A DNA stretch of 46,979 nt from contig CAYLHM010000001.1 of assembly GCA_964383485.1 (NCBI GenBank), positions 1-46,979 on the forward strand. Direction: 5' to 3'. The notes under the pieces were generated by a model. It made no database searches. It worked only from the letters and a program-made list of their open reading frames with translations, and was not told the origin of the DNA. The translations under genes and the position numbers were made by a program. This DNA comes from an uncultured Oscillospiraceae bacterium. GTDB taxonomy: Bacteria > Bacillota > Clostridia > Oscillospirales > Oscillospiraceae. This document shows positions 16,844-28,410 of the stretch, piece after piece; within the stretch, counting starts at the first letter, position 1; each line of letters starts with the position of its first letter.

Positions 16844-17641
16844 ATGAAAATAGCTAGGCAGCTGTGCTTCCTGCTTCTGTTTGCACTTCTGGTGCCCGTG
16901 ATTTGCCTTGCCGCACCGGCGGACGGCAGCGATTGGCACGAGGTGTTTACATCTGCCGAACAGGACACGCTGGAAACGCTCTACCGGGAGGATCCCAGCG
17001 GCTTTATAACGGCCCTTGCAGGGGAAGAGCGCAGCCTTATTTCCCAGGTGGCGCAGAAGCTGGTTGCGGCGCAGGAGAATGTCAACCAATTCTTCCTGGA
17101 TCTGCGTAAGACGGCAGCAGGTCAAAGCTGGACGGAGCAGGAGCGCGATGTAATTCAAACCATTTTCTCCGCAGATGGCCAAAAGCTGCTGGCCTGGATC
17201 GGGTGGGACGGATTTCTGCCCACAGAGCAGACCGGCTACGCCGAGCTGTTCCTGGGCTACGCCTTTACGGACGGCGCCTATGCACAGGCCTATGCGATCC
17301 AACTGGAAAAGCTGTTCCACAGAGATGCCAAGGGCTTTGTGCAGGAGCTTGCTAAGCTGAGCGAAGCCACCTGCGAGCAAATTGAGTTAGCGGTGGTTAC
17401 GAACTGGCAGACAGATACCTATGGCGATGCTGCCACAGTCCTTACCGAGCTTCAGCAGCAGGAGCAATGGGATGCGGCAGAGGCACAGATCATCAGCAAT
17501 TTGATTGGCAATACGGATTATGCCCCGCCGAAAACAGCGGATGTGGGTGCCGGCGAGCATCTGTTCGCTCTGCTTGCGGTCAGCCTGCTGGCCTTGGCTG
17601 CCAGTGCCGTGCTGATGTGGAAGGCGCCAAAGCGGAAATAG
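16844..17641 (+). CDS. Cell-wall-anchored (sortase-type) protein with two helical repeats
   Basis: RBS aggagg; signal peptide; TDGAYAQAY motif; C-terminal PPKTAD, hydrophobic stretch and KAPKRK tail. Confidence 0.85.
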   Translation: MKIARQLCFLLLFALLVPVICLAAPADGSDWHEVFTSAEQDTLETLYREDPSGFITALAGEERSLISQVAQKLVAAQENVNQFFLDLRKTAAGQSWTEQERDVIQTIFSADGQKLLAWIGWDGFLPTEQTGYAELFLGYAFTDGAYAQAYAIQLEKLFHRDAKGFVQELAKLSEATCEQIELAVVTNWQTDTYGDAATVLTELQQQEQWDAAEAQIISNLIGNTDYAPPKTADVGAGEHLFALLAVSLLALAASAVLMWKAPKRK

Positions 17642-17655
17642 AAAATAGATTAGGC

Positions 17656-17688
17656 AAAAATCAGCAGTCTTCGGGCTGCTGATTTTTT
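17656..17688 (+). terminator. Rho-independent terminator
   Basis: aaaaatcagcagtc-ttcg-ggctgctgattttt. Confidence 0.85.
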
Positions 17689-17783
17689 ATGCCCATTTTA
17701 GCCGGCTTGTCCCAATTCCGACTGAAAAAGCAGGCGTGGGCATTTATACTATTTTATGGACAAAGCAAAGGAGATGAAATCCC

Positions 17784-18101
17784 ATGAATTTTACAAGTTT
17801 TCTGGAAGATGGCCGCCTGACGGTGGCCCTGACCGGAGAGATCGATCATCACTGCGCCAAAAGCTATATTCAGGCCATCGCCGGCAAGATCGAAGCCTAT
17901 ACGCCGGATGTCTGCGTGCTGGATTTCAGTGAAGTGGCTTTCGTGGATTCTTCCGGCATTGCCGTGGTGATCAACGCACTGAGAAATATGACCCAGATCG
18001 AAGGCAAACTGATCCTTACCGGGATCGGCGCCCAGCCGATGAAGGTGTTCCGGGCATCGGGCATCGACCGGCTGGTGGAAATAAAGGAGGCTGTATCATG
18101 A
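17784..18101 (+). CDS. spoIIAA: Anti-sigma F factor antagonist
   Basis: STAS domain with GEIDHH and FVDSSGI; operon order. Confidence 0.93.
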   Translation: MNFTSFLEDGRLTVALTGEIDHHCAKSYIQAIAGKIEAYTPDVCVLDFSEVAFVDSSGIAVVINALRNMTQIEGKLILTGIGAQPMKVFRASGIDRLVEIKEAVS

Positions 18102-18529
18102 AATTCAACAACTATATGATCCTGGAGTTTCCCAGCAAATCCTGCAACGAGGCGTTCGCCCGGTCGGCGGTGGCCTGCTTCGCTGCTCAAATGGACCCCA
18201 CACTGGAGGAATTGGGGGATATCCGCACGGCGGTGTCCGAGGCGGTGACCAACTGCATCGTCCACGCCTATCCCCAGGAGCTGGGGGTGGTCACGCTGCG
18301 CTGCCGCATTTTGAAGGATCAAGTTCTGGATATTGTAGTGAAGGATCGGGGCGTGGGCATTGCGGACATCGAGCAGGCCCGCAAGCCCATGTTCACCACC
18401 GGCGGCACTGACCGCAGCGGCATGGGCATCACCATTATGGAGAGCTTTATGACCAGCTTTGAGATCTCCTCCCAGCCGGGCAAAGGCACCACCGTACATA
18501 TGCGGCGGAAGCTCCAGCGGCGGCAATGA
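18098..18529 (+). CDS. spoIIAB: Anti-sigma F factor
   Basis: NEAFAR, AVSEAVTNCIVHAY, DRGVGI, RSGMG, GKGTTV. Confidence 0.97.
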   Translation: MKFNNYMILEFPSKSCNEAFARSAVACFAAQMDPTLEELGDIRTAVSEAVTNCIVHAYPQELGVVTLRCRILKDQVLDIVVKDRGVGIADIEQARKPMFTTGGTDRSGMGITIMESFMTSFEISSQPGKGTTVHMRRKLQRRQ

Positions 18530-19230
18530 GCAGGGTAGAGGAGCTGATTCTTCGGAGCAGACAGGGGGATCGGGAGGCCGGGGAACTGCTGATCCGGGAA
18601 AATGCCGGCCTGATCTGGTCGGTGGCCAAGCGCTTTGTGGGCCGGGGCACCGAGGCGGATGACCTCTACCAGCTGGGCTGCCTGGGCTTTTTGAAAGCGG
18701 TGGAGGGCTTTGACCTGGAATACGGCACCCAGTTTTCCACCTATGCGGTGCCGAAAATCGCCGGGGAGATCCGCCGGTTCCTCCGGGACGACGGCACGGT
18801 GAAGGTATCAAGAACCTTAAAAGAGCAGGCGGCCCTGATCCGCAATGCCCGAAGCCGGCTGACGGGTACGCTGGGCCGTGAACCGACCATCACGGAGATC
18901 ACTCAGCAAACCGGCCTGAGTGCCGAAGAAATCGCCATGGCCGAGGCCGCAACGGCGGCAACCGAGTCCATTCAGCGGGAGACCGGCGAGGAGGGCTTCA
19001 CCCTGGAGGATATCCTCTCCGACACGGAGTCCGAGGAGGTGATGGTGGAGAAAATCTCTCTGCGCCAGGCTATTGAGCGGCTGCCGGAGCGGGAGAGAAC
19101 CGTTATTCAACTCCGCTATTTCCACGGCCTGACCCAGCAGCGGGTGTCCACGGTGCTGTCCGTCAGCCAGGTGCAGGTATCCCGCATCGAAAAGAAGGCC
19201 CTGCTTGCTTTGCAGGAGCTATTGTCATAA
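18526..19230 (+). CDS. sigF: RNA polymerase sporulation sigma factor F
   Basis: DDLYQLGCLG, FSTYAVPKIAGEIRRFLRDDG, SQVQVSRIEKK; third gene of the spoIIA operon. Confidence 0.95.
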   Translation: MSRVEELILRSRQGDREAGELLIRENAGLIWSVAKRFVGRGTEADDLYQLGCLGFLKAVEGFDLEYGTQFSTYAVPKIAGEIRRFLRDDGTVKVSRTLKEQAALIRNARSRLTGTLGREPTITEITQQTGLSAEEIAMAEAATAATESIQRETGEEGFTLEDILSDTESEEVMVEKISLRQAIERLPERERTVIQLRYFHGLTQQRVSTVLSVSQVQVSRIEKKALLALQELLS

Positions 19231-19307
19231 GGAAACTCTGAAAAAAACACTTTACCTTTTGCAGAAAATGGAGTAAAATAGAGGCATCTTAAAAAGCAGG
19301 TGCCGAT

Positions 19308-21689
19308 ATGACAGACGAACAGCTTGCCCGCTTTGTGGGCGCCCGAAAGAACTATATTGCCGGGCAATTTGCCCAGCTCAACGATATGCAGCTCCAGGCC
19401 ACCCTGACCACCCAGGGGCCGCTGCTTCTTCTTGCAGGAGCCGGAAGCGGCAAAACCACGGTGCTGATCAACCGCATTGCCAATCTGATCAAATTTGGCC
19501 GGGGGAGCGACAGCCAAGAGGTGCCCGATACCGTTACAGAGGAAGACCTGGCGTTCCTGGAGGGCCTGTGCGAGCCGCTGTCCGACCAGGATCGCCGCCG
19601 GGCAGAGCTGCTTTGCGCCGTGGATCCCCCGGCACCCTGGAGCATCATTGCCATCACCTTTACCAACAAGGCCGCCAACGAGCTGAAAGAGCGCTTGGCC
19701 GCCATACTGGGGCAGGAGGAGACCCAGGATGTGTGGGCCATGACCTTTCACAGCGCCTGCTGCCGGATCCTGCGCCGGGATATCGATCGGCTGGGCTATG
19801 ACCGGCGGTTTACCATCTACGATGAAAGCGATTCCGAGCGGGTCATGAAAGCCGTCATCAAGGACATGGGCCTGGACGACAAGACCTTTCCGGCGAAATA
19901 TGTTCTCAATGTGATCAGCCGGAAAAAGGATCGCCTGATCGGCCCGGACGAGCTTTTGGAGCTTGCCAACGAAACGAACGATTTGAAAATGCTGCCCATC
20001 GCCAAGGCCTATCGCCAGTATCAGACCCGGCTGAAGGAAAACAATGCGGTGGATTTTGACGATATCATCCTGCTCACCGTCCGGCTCCTTACGGATCATG
20101 AAGATGTGCGCCGGTACTACCAGCGGAAATTCCGCTATGTGCTGGTGGACGAGTACCAGGACACCAACCACCTGCAATATCTGCTCACGGCGCTCCTTGC
20201 CGGCGGTTATGAAAACATCTGTGTGGTGGGTGATGATGACCAGAGCATCTACCGCTTCCGTGGAGCGACCATTGAAAACATTCTGGATTTTGAAAAGCAG
20301 TACCCTGGGGCGCGCACCATTCGCCTGGAGCAGAACTACCGCTCCACCCAGTGCATTCTCAACGCCGCCAATGCGGTGATCTGCCACAACTTAGGCCGCA
20401 AGGGCAAAAAGCTGTGGACGGCCAACGGTCAGGGCCAGCCCATCACGGTGTACGAGGCGGAGGACGAGCGGGCGGAGGCCAATTTTGTGGCCGGCCGGAT
20501 CATGGCCATGACCAAGGGCCGGGGTTACCGGGATCACGCCGTTCTTTACCGCACCAACGCCCAGTCCAACGCCTTGGAATATGCCCTGAAGCGCAACGGC
20601 ATTCCCTACCGTATGATCGGCGGCACCCGGTTTTTTGAACGGGCGGAGATCCGGGATATGCTGGCCTATCTGTGCGTGATCAACAACCGTGCCGATGATC
20701 TGCGCCTGCTTCGGATCATCAACAATCCCCCCAGGGGCCTGGGTGCCAAAACCCTGGAAGCCGCCCAGCGCCTGGCGCAGGCCAGCGGACTGCCCCTGTA
20801 CACGGTGATCCGTGATGCTGAAAATTACGGCCCCCTGGAGAAAAACGCCGGAAAGTTTGCCAATTTCACCTCTATGATCGAGGGCCTGAGCGGGCTGCTG
20901 GACGAGGGCGTGAGCCTTCCGGATTTCTACGAGGAGCTGATGCTGAGAAGCGGCTACATCGATATGCTTCAGGCCAAGCCCACGGTTGAAAACCAGGGGC
21001 GGCTGGAGAATATCCGGGAGCTGAAATCCAGCATTTTGTCCTATACGGAAAGTGTGGAAAACCCGTCCCTTTCCGGGTTTTTGGAAGAAATTGCCCTCTA
21101 TACGGATATTGAGGAATACAACGCCTCCGACGATGCAGTCGTGATGATGACCATGCACGCCTCCAAGGGACTGGAATTTCCCAGCGTGTATCTGGTGGGC
21201 TTCGAGGACGGACTGTTTCCCGGTATGCGCAGCATCGGCGATGCCGAGGAAATGGAGGAGGAGCGGCGGCTGTGCTATGTAGCCATCACCAGGGCCAAGG
21301 AGCATCTGACTATCAGCTATGCCCGGCAGCGTATGCTCTACGGCCGTACCTCGGCGGCCCTGCCGTCCCGTTTCCTCAAGGAGCTGCCGGAGGCGGAGCT
21401 TCAGCGCAGGGGCGGCTATTCCAGCGCACCCTATGCAAGCCGCCGGGTGGCTGAAGCAGTGCGGAAGCCGAAAATTTCCGACTTTACATACAGCTATGAA
21501 AGGCCCGCCGCCACCTATCTGGAGCTGAACAAGGGCGACATGGTGGAGCACAGCGCCTTTGGCCGGGGCATGGTGATCTCTGTGCTGAAGCTCAGCGGCG
21601 ATGCTCTGCTGGAAATCGCCTTTGACCGCCTGGGCACCAAGAAGCTCATGGCAAAATCCGCCTCGCCCCATATGAAAAAGCTGTCATAA
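19308..21689 (+). CDS. pcrA: ATP-dependent DNA helicase PcrA/UvrD
   Basis: AGAGSGKT, TFTNKAA, VDEYQDTN, VGDDDQSIY, HASKGLEF, EERRLCYVAITRA; C-terminal Tudor-like domain. Confidence 0.97.
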   Translation: MTDEQLARFVGARKNYIAGQFAQLNDMQLQATLTTQGPLLLLAGAGSGKTTVLINRIANLIKFGRGSDSQEVPDTVTEEDLAFLEGLCEPLSDQDRRRAELLCAVDPPAPWSIIAITFTNKAANELKERLAAILGQEETQDVWAMTFHSACCRILRRDIDRLGYDRRFTIYDESDSERVMKAVIKDMGLDDKTFPAKYVLNVISRKKDRLIGPDELLELANETNDLKMLPIAKAYRQYQTRLKENNAVDFDDIILLTVRLLTDHEDVRRYYQRKFRYVLVDEYQDTNHLQYLLTALLAGGYENICVVGDDDQSIYRFRGATIENILDFEKQYPGARTIRLEQNYRSTQCILNAANAVICHNLGRKGKKLWTANGQGQPITVYEAEDERAEANFVAGRIMAMTKGRGYRDHAVLYRTNAQSNALEYALKRNGIPYRMIGGTRFFERAEIRDMLAYLCVINNRADDLRLLRIINNPPRGLGAKTLEAAQRLAQASGLPLYTVIRDAENYGPLEKNAGKFANFTSMIEGLSGLLDEGVSLPDFYEELMLRSGYIDMLQAKPTVENQGRLENIRELKSSILSYTESVENPSLSGFLEEIALYTDIEEYNASDDAVVMMTMHASKGLEFPSVYLVGFEDGLFPGMRSIGDAEEMEEERRLCYVAITRAKEHLTISYARQRMLYGRTSAALPSRFLKELPEAELQRRGGYSSAPYASRRVAEAVRKPKISDFTYSYERPAATYLELNKGDMVEHSAFGRGMVISVLKLSGDALLEIAFDRLGTKKLMAKSASPHMKKLS

Positions 21690-21712
21690 TACTTTCATTT
21701 GCCGCATAAGCT
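21684..21712 (+). promoter_or_regulatory. Putative sigma-E promoter of yunB
   Basis: tcataat ... cataagct resembles the sigma-E -35/-10 elements. Confidence 0.5.
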
Positions 21713-21728
21713 TTCAAGAGGTGATACC

Positions 21729-24328
<2,600 letters not shown>

Positions 24329-24374
24329 AAAATAGGGGCTGTCTTACCAAGCTTGGTGGGATAGCTCCTATTTT
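24329..24374. terminator. Long hairpin, bidirectional terminator
   Basis: aaaataggggctgtcttaccaag / cttggtgggatagctcctatttt. Confidence 0.75.
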
Positions 24375-24403
24375 ATAAATTGTTGCGGACACACAGCCTA
24401 AAA

Positions 24404-24508
24404 TGATCATAAGCGCAGTCGGGGGATCTGCTGCCTTTCAGCTTTTGTATGCGGTAGAATAAGCGGAAAAATTCCTCGACTCGCACAGCTTGCCCACAAT
24501 GACACGGT
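24404..24508. repeat. Decayed pair of TGTC-type REP-like elements
   Basis: attcctcgactcgc...caatgacacggt shares its aatgacacggt end with 171-181; opposing arm tcataagcgcagtcgggggatct. Confidence 0.4.
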
Positions 24509-24535
24509 ACTCTGAAATAGTGAGATGGCACGCCC

Positions 24536-24745
24536 TTACAGGCTGAAATCCTCGTCATGAAACTGCTCGAAATCCGGCTGCTTGGGCCTGGGCGGGACAC
24601 GCTTGCAGGGATCGTAGCGGAATTTGGGGCAGTTGTTGATATATTCCACCAGGCCTTTCCGGGCGCACAGAATTTGATCTTCCCCCAAGACGGTGCCATG
24701 GGCGCAGTAGATGCAGGACGGTTCGATTTTCTTTCTGAACAGCAT
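24536..24745 (-). CDS. Small Cys-rich hypothetical protein (69 aa)
   Basis: MLFRKKIEPSCIYCAHG...C...CPKFRYDPCKRVP; TATAAT -10 just upstream. Confidence 0.8.
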   Translation of the reverse strand: MLFRKKIEPSCIYCAHGTVLGEDQILCARKGLVEYINNCPKFRYDPCKRVPPRPKQPDFEQFHDEDFSL

Positions 24746-24766
24746 GGGATCTTCACTCGCTTCCGA

Positions 24767-25783
24767 TTAGTTGGCTCTATTATACAGCATTTTTCCCCGA
24801 AATGCTATCCCTTTTTTGAAATTCCACAGCATTACGAGCAAAAATATTCCGCACCCGGCGGCGAGGGCCGGGGAAGCGTGGAGCTTTTCCTGGAAAAACA
24901 GGAGCTGATACAGATAGGCCAGGGCCATGCTGATCATTCCGTGGAGCAGTTTTCCCGGCAAATACATCCCCAGCCCCAGCGAGCCGGCTACCGATGCCGT
25001 CTGCATGGCCACGCACAGCCCGCCAAAGGCCAGCAGCCCGGAACTTACCACAAACATCGCCGCTTCCTGGCCCAGACCGGGCAGATTGGTGCAGCCCACC
25101 GTCAGCTCCAGCAGCCCGGCGATGCAGATGCGCAGGCTCTGGGGCAGCAGCCACAGGCACCAGCGGTTCAGCATGACCAGCACGATCCGAAACAGCACCA
25201 CCCAGGCGCACACCCCCGCCATGACGGACACGGCTTGCCGCACGGCCTGGGGCAGGGTCAGAGGCTTTCCGGCGGGCAGACAGACCTGCGACCTGCTGCC
25301 GCCGGGCAGCAGCCGCCCCACCGCCAGAGCGGCCAGGATATGGATCCCCCAGAGCGCCCAGGCAAGGCCCTTTTGAGAAAACTGCAAGGCCACGATGCCA
25401 AAGAGGAACGACGGCCCGGCATTGCTGCAAAAGCCCATCATGCGCCGCGCCTGCTTAGACGGCAAAAGCCCCGCCCTGTAAGCCGATGTAACAGCCTGCG
25501 CCCCGGTTGGATATCCCCCCAGCAGGCCGATGAGCAGCAAGGAGCCGCTGCCGGCGGGGATCCGGCACCATTTTTCCAGGGGCCGCAGGAGCTTCCAGCC
25601 GCTGCCGCCCAGGCTGGAGGTCAGCAGCATGGACAGCACAAAAAAGGGAAACAGTGCCGGAACCACCGTTTGCAGGCACAGCCCAATTCCCTCCTGAGCG
25701 GCAGCGATCACCGTGCGGCTGTCGATAATCAGCAGAAGCATTCCCAGGCAGGCGGCAAGGCCCACCCTGATTTTCCGATCCAT
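24767..25783 (-). CDS. ylbJ: Sporulation integral membrane protein, YlbJ-like
   Basis: GIGLCLQTVVPALFPF, GLLGGYPTGA, FCSNAGPSF, GLLELTVG, FGGLCVAMQ; RBS gaggtg. Confidence 0.88.
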   Translation of the reverse strand: MDRKIRVGLAACLGMLLLIIDSRTVIAAAQEGIGLCLQTVVPALFPFFVLSMLLTSSLGGSGWKLLRPLEKWCRIPAGSGSLLLIGLLGGYPTGAQAVTSAYRAGLLPSKQARRMMGFCSNAGPSFLFGIVALQFSQKGLAWALWGIHILAALAVGRLLPGGSRSQVCLPAGKPLTLPQAVRQAVSVMAGVCAWVVLFRIVLVMLNRWCLWLLPQSLRICIAGLLELTVGCTNLPGLGQEAAMFVVSSGLLAFGGLCVAMQTASVAGSLGLGMYLPGKLLHGMISMALAYLYQLLFFQEKLHASPALAAGCGIFLLVMLWNFKKGIAFRGKMLYNRAN

Positions 25784-25800
25784 TGTCCTCACCTCAGAAG

Positions 25801-25836
25801 AATGTATGCAACATTGTCCACCCGCATTCATACACT
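25801..25836. promoter_or_regulatory. Divergent sigma-E-type promoters for ylbJ and yqfC
   Basis: CATACACT (+, 25829-25836) and CATACATT (-, 25801-25808) match the sigma-E -10 element. Confidence 0.55.
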
Positions 25837-25843
25837 TGAAAAA

Positions 25844-25907
25844 AGGAAGTCCTGAATAAATCGGCAAGACCTGCTGACCGGCCGCAGACCATTTATTCAG
25901 CGCTTTC
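25844..25907 (-). mobile_element. MITE-like palindromic element (family shared with 33328 and 33723)
   Basis: ggaagtcctgaataaatcggcaag...gccgcagaccatttattcagcgctttc aligns with the reverse complement of 33723-33790. Confidence 0.7.
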
Positions 25908-25923
25908 AAAGGAGGAGGATCAC

Positions 25924-26202
25924 ATGGAACGGGGATTATTTCAGCGCATGAGCATGGCGGCGGATCTGCCGGACGAACCAATTCCCGGCCTGCCCCTGGT
26001 GGAGATCGCCGGTGACAGCCGGGTGCTGGTGGAGCGGCACCGGGGGGTGACGGAGTACGGAAACTGCTGTATTCGGGTAAAGGTGAAATTCGGCCAGATC
26101 TGCATTGAGGGCAGCGGCCTGGAGCTGGCCCGCATGACGCCCGGGCAGCTCATCATCTCCGGCCGCATTGAACAAGTGCGCCTGATCCGGGAGGGAACAT
26201 GA
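25924..26202 (+). CDS. yqfC: YabP/YqfC family sporulation protein
   Basis: LVERHRGVTEY...IEGSGLEL...ISGRIEQV; upstream of yqfD. Confidence 0.9.
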   Translation: MERGLFQRMSMAADLPDEPIPGLPLVEIAGDSRVLVERHRGVTEYGNCCIRVKVKFGQICIEGSGLELARMTPGQLIISGRIEQVRLIREGT

Positions 26203-27410
26203 TGTCACTGTGGAATGTACTGCCCGGGAAGCTGGAGCTGCGCCTGACCAGCGCCGACCCGGCGGCCTTTTTAAGCGCCCTCCGTGAGCTTGGCGTAACG
26301 GTATATAAAAGCACCCCGGCAGACGAGCTGCGCATGGATCTGACCATCCACCGCCGGGATCTGGAAAAAGTGGAAGGTCTGGCCCGGCGCAGGGGGGATG
26401 ACCTGAATATCACCCGCCGTACGGGGATTTATTGGCGTATTTGGAACCTGCGCAGGCGAAAGCTGCTGGTAGCGGGTCTGCTGTTTTTCATGGCGCTTTC
26501 CGTTTTTCTGCCCAGGCGGATCCTTTTTATTCAGGTGGAGGGCAATGAGATCGTGCCCACCCGGCTGATTTTGGAGCAGGCAGGCCGCTGCGGCATCAGC
26601 TTCGGCGCTGCCCGGGCGGAGGTGCGCAGTGAGAAAATGAAAAATGCCCTGCTGGAGGCCATGCCCCAGCTCCAATGGGCCGGGGTCAACACCAGGGGCT
26701 GCGTGGCGGTCATCAGTGTCCGGGAGCGGGAGCCGGTGGAGCCGACAGGGGAGCAGGGGGGTGTCAGCAGCCTGGTAGCCGCACGGGACGGGGTGATTTT
26801 GTCCTGCACCGTTACCCGGGGGAGTGCCGCCGTCAGGGTGGGCCAGGCCGTGCGAGCCGGCGAGCTGCTGGTTTCCGGCTATACAGACACGGGCTTGAGT
26901 ATTCGGGCCTGCCGTGCGGAGGGAGAAATTTACGCCCGCACCGAGCGCAGCCTGCAGGTACGCACCCCGGAGGAATATGTGAAAAAGGGCACCGTGACGG
27001 GTCAGAGCAAAAAAATTTCACTGATTATCGGCAAAAAAAGAATAAATTTTTTCAAAAGTAGTGGAATTTTGGGTAGCACCTGTGATAGAATATATAAGGA
27101 AAGCTATCTGACCCTGCCGGGCGGCTTTGTGCTGCCTGTGACAGTGCTTACGGAAATTTGGATCAGCCGGGAGGAAAGCACGGAGCTTCTGTCTCAGGAG
27201 GAGGCGGCGGCCCTGGCTTCGGATTTTGCGTCGGAATATTTAAGCACGCAGATGGTCGCCGGTGAAATCCTCAACACCAAAGAAAGTCTGGAAAAGCTGG
27301 AGGGTTCTTACCGGCTGACCGGGCTGTACGCCTGCCGGGAAATGATCGGCAGGGAACAAAAAGAGGAGATTTTAACACAGCATGGGAATACAAACGGAAC
27401 GGACGGTTAA
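26199..27410 (+). CDS. yqfD: Sporulation protein YqfD
   Basis: IQVEGNE, WAGVNTRG, LVAARDGVI, VRVGQAVRAGELLVSG, AEGEIYART. Confidence 0.93.
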   Translation: MMSLWNVLPGKLELRLTSADPAAFLSALRELGVTVYKSTPADELRMDLTIHRRDLEKVEGLARRRGDDLNITRRTGIYWRIWNLRRRKLLVAGLLFFMALSVFLPRRILFIQVEGNEIVPTRLILEQAGRCGISFGAARAEVRSEKMKNALLEAMPQLQWAGVNTRGCVAVISVREREPVEPTGEQGGVSSLVAARDGVILSCTVTRGSAAVRVGQAVRAGELLVSGYTDTGLSIRACRAEGEIYARTERSLQVRTPEEYVKKGTVTGQSKKISLIIGKKRINFFKSSGILGSTCDRIYKESYLTLPGGFVLPVTVLTEIWISREESTELLSQEEAAALASDFASEYLSTQMVAGEILNTKESLEKLEGSYRLTGLYACREMIGREQKEEILTQHGNTNGTDG

Positions 27411-28410
27411 TGTGGAGCGGGTCGAGGATATGATCACCGTATTCGGCTCCTTTGATGCCAATATCAAGTATATCGAGCAGGCCCTGAATGTGAACATTGT
27501 CAGCCGTGGTTCCGAGCTGAAAATCAGCGGCGATGCCGAGGCGGCGGATCGGGCGGTGCGCACCCTGGAGAGTTTGCTGACCCTGGCCTCCAAGGGCGAA
27601 ACCATCGACGATCAGCGGGTGCGCTACCTTCTGACTCTGGTGCAGGAGGGCAAGGAGGAGCAGGTCCACCAAATGGTGCAGGATGTGGTGTGCATCAGCG
27701 CCAAGGGCAAGCCCATCAAGGCCAAAACCGTTGGCCAGCAGAATTACATGAAAGCCATTATGAAGAACACCGTCACCATTGGCGTTGGTCCGGCAGGCAC
27801 CGGCAAGACCTATCTGGCGGTGGCGGCGGCGGTGGCTGCTTTCCGGGAGCGGACGGTGAACCGCATCATTCTCACCCGCCCGGCGGTGGAGGCAGGGGAG
27901 CGGCTGGGCTTCCTGCCCGGCGATCTTCAAAACAAGGTGGATCCCTACCTGCGGCCGCTGTACGATGCCCTGTATGAAATGCTGGGCGCCGAAAACTTTC
28001 AGAAATATCAGGAGCGTGGCTCTATCGAGGTTGCGCCCCTGGCTTATATGCGCGGCCGCACCCTGGATGACAGCTTTATTATTTTGGACGAGGCCCAGAA
28101 TACCACACGGGAGCAGATGAAAATGTTCCTGACCCGGCTGGGCTTTGGCTCCAAAATCGTCATCACCGGCGATGTGACCCAAATCGACCTGCCGGAGGAT
28201 AAGGTTTCCGGCCTGAAGGATGCGATCCGGGTGCTGGACGGGGTGGAGGACATTGCCATCTGCCGCCTGACCAGCGCCGATGTGGTGCGCCATGCCCTGG
28301 TTCAGAAGATCATCAACGCCTATGAAAAGGCAGCCCAGAAAAAAGAAACGGCCCGGCCGGCACCCCATAGCCCCGGCCGCAGCCAAAGGAAGAAAGAATA
28401 TGGAAAATAA
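27382..28410 (+). CDS. phoH: PhoH family ATPase
   Basis: GPAGTGKTYLA, RPAVEAGERLGFLPGD, LAYMRGRTL, DEAQN, GDVTQIDL. Confidence 0.97.
   Translation: MGIQTERTVNVERVEDMITVFGSFDANIKYIEQALNVNIVSRGSELKISGDAEAADRAVRTLESLLTLASKGETIDDQRVRYLLTLVQEGKEEQVHQMVQDVVCISAKGKPIKAKTVGQQNYMKAIMKNTVTIGVGPAGTGKTYLAVAAAVAAFRERTVNRIILTRPAVEAGERLGFLPGDLQNKVDPYLRPLYDALYEMLGAENFQKYQERGSIEVAPLAYMRGRTLDDSFIILDEAQNTTREQMKMFLTRLGFGSKIVITGDVTQIDLPEDKVSGLKDAIRVLDGVEDIAICRLTSADVVRHALVQKIINAYEKAAQKKETARPAPHSPGRSQRKKEYGK

Noticed and set aside
24373-24756. 127-aa minus-strand ORF, or a 6S-like RNA, after ligA
   Set aside because: The ORF overlaps the more convincing 69-aa gene; the rest is terminator and repeat remnant with no 6S-like structure evident
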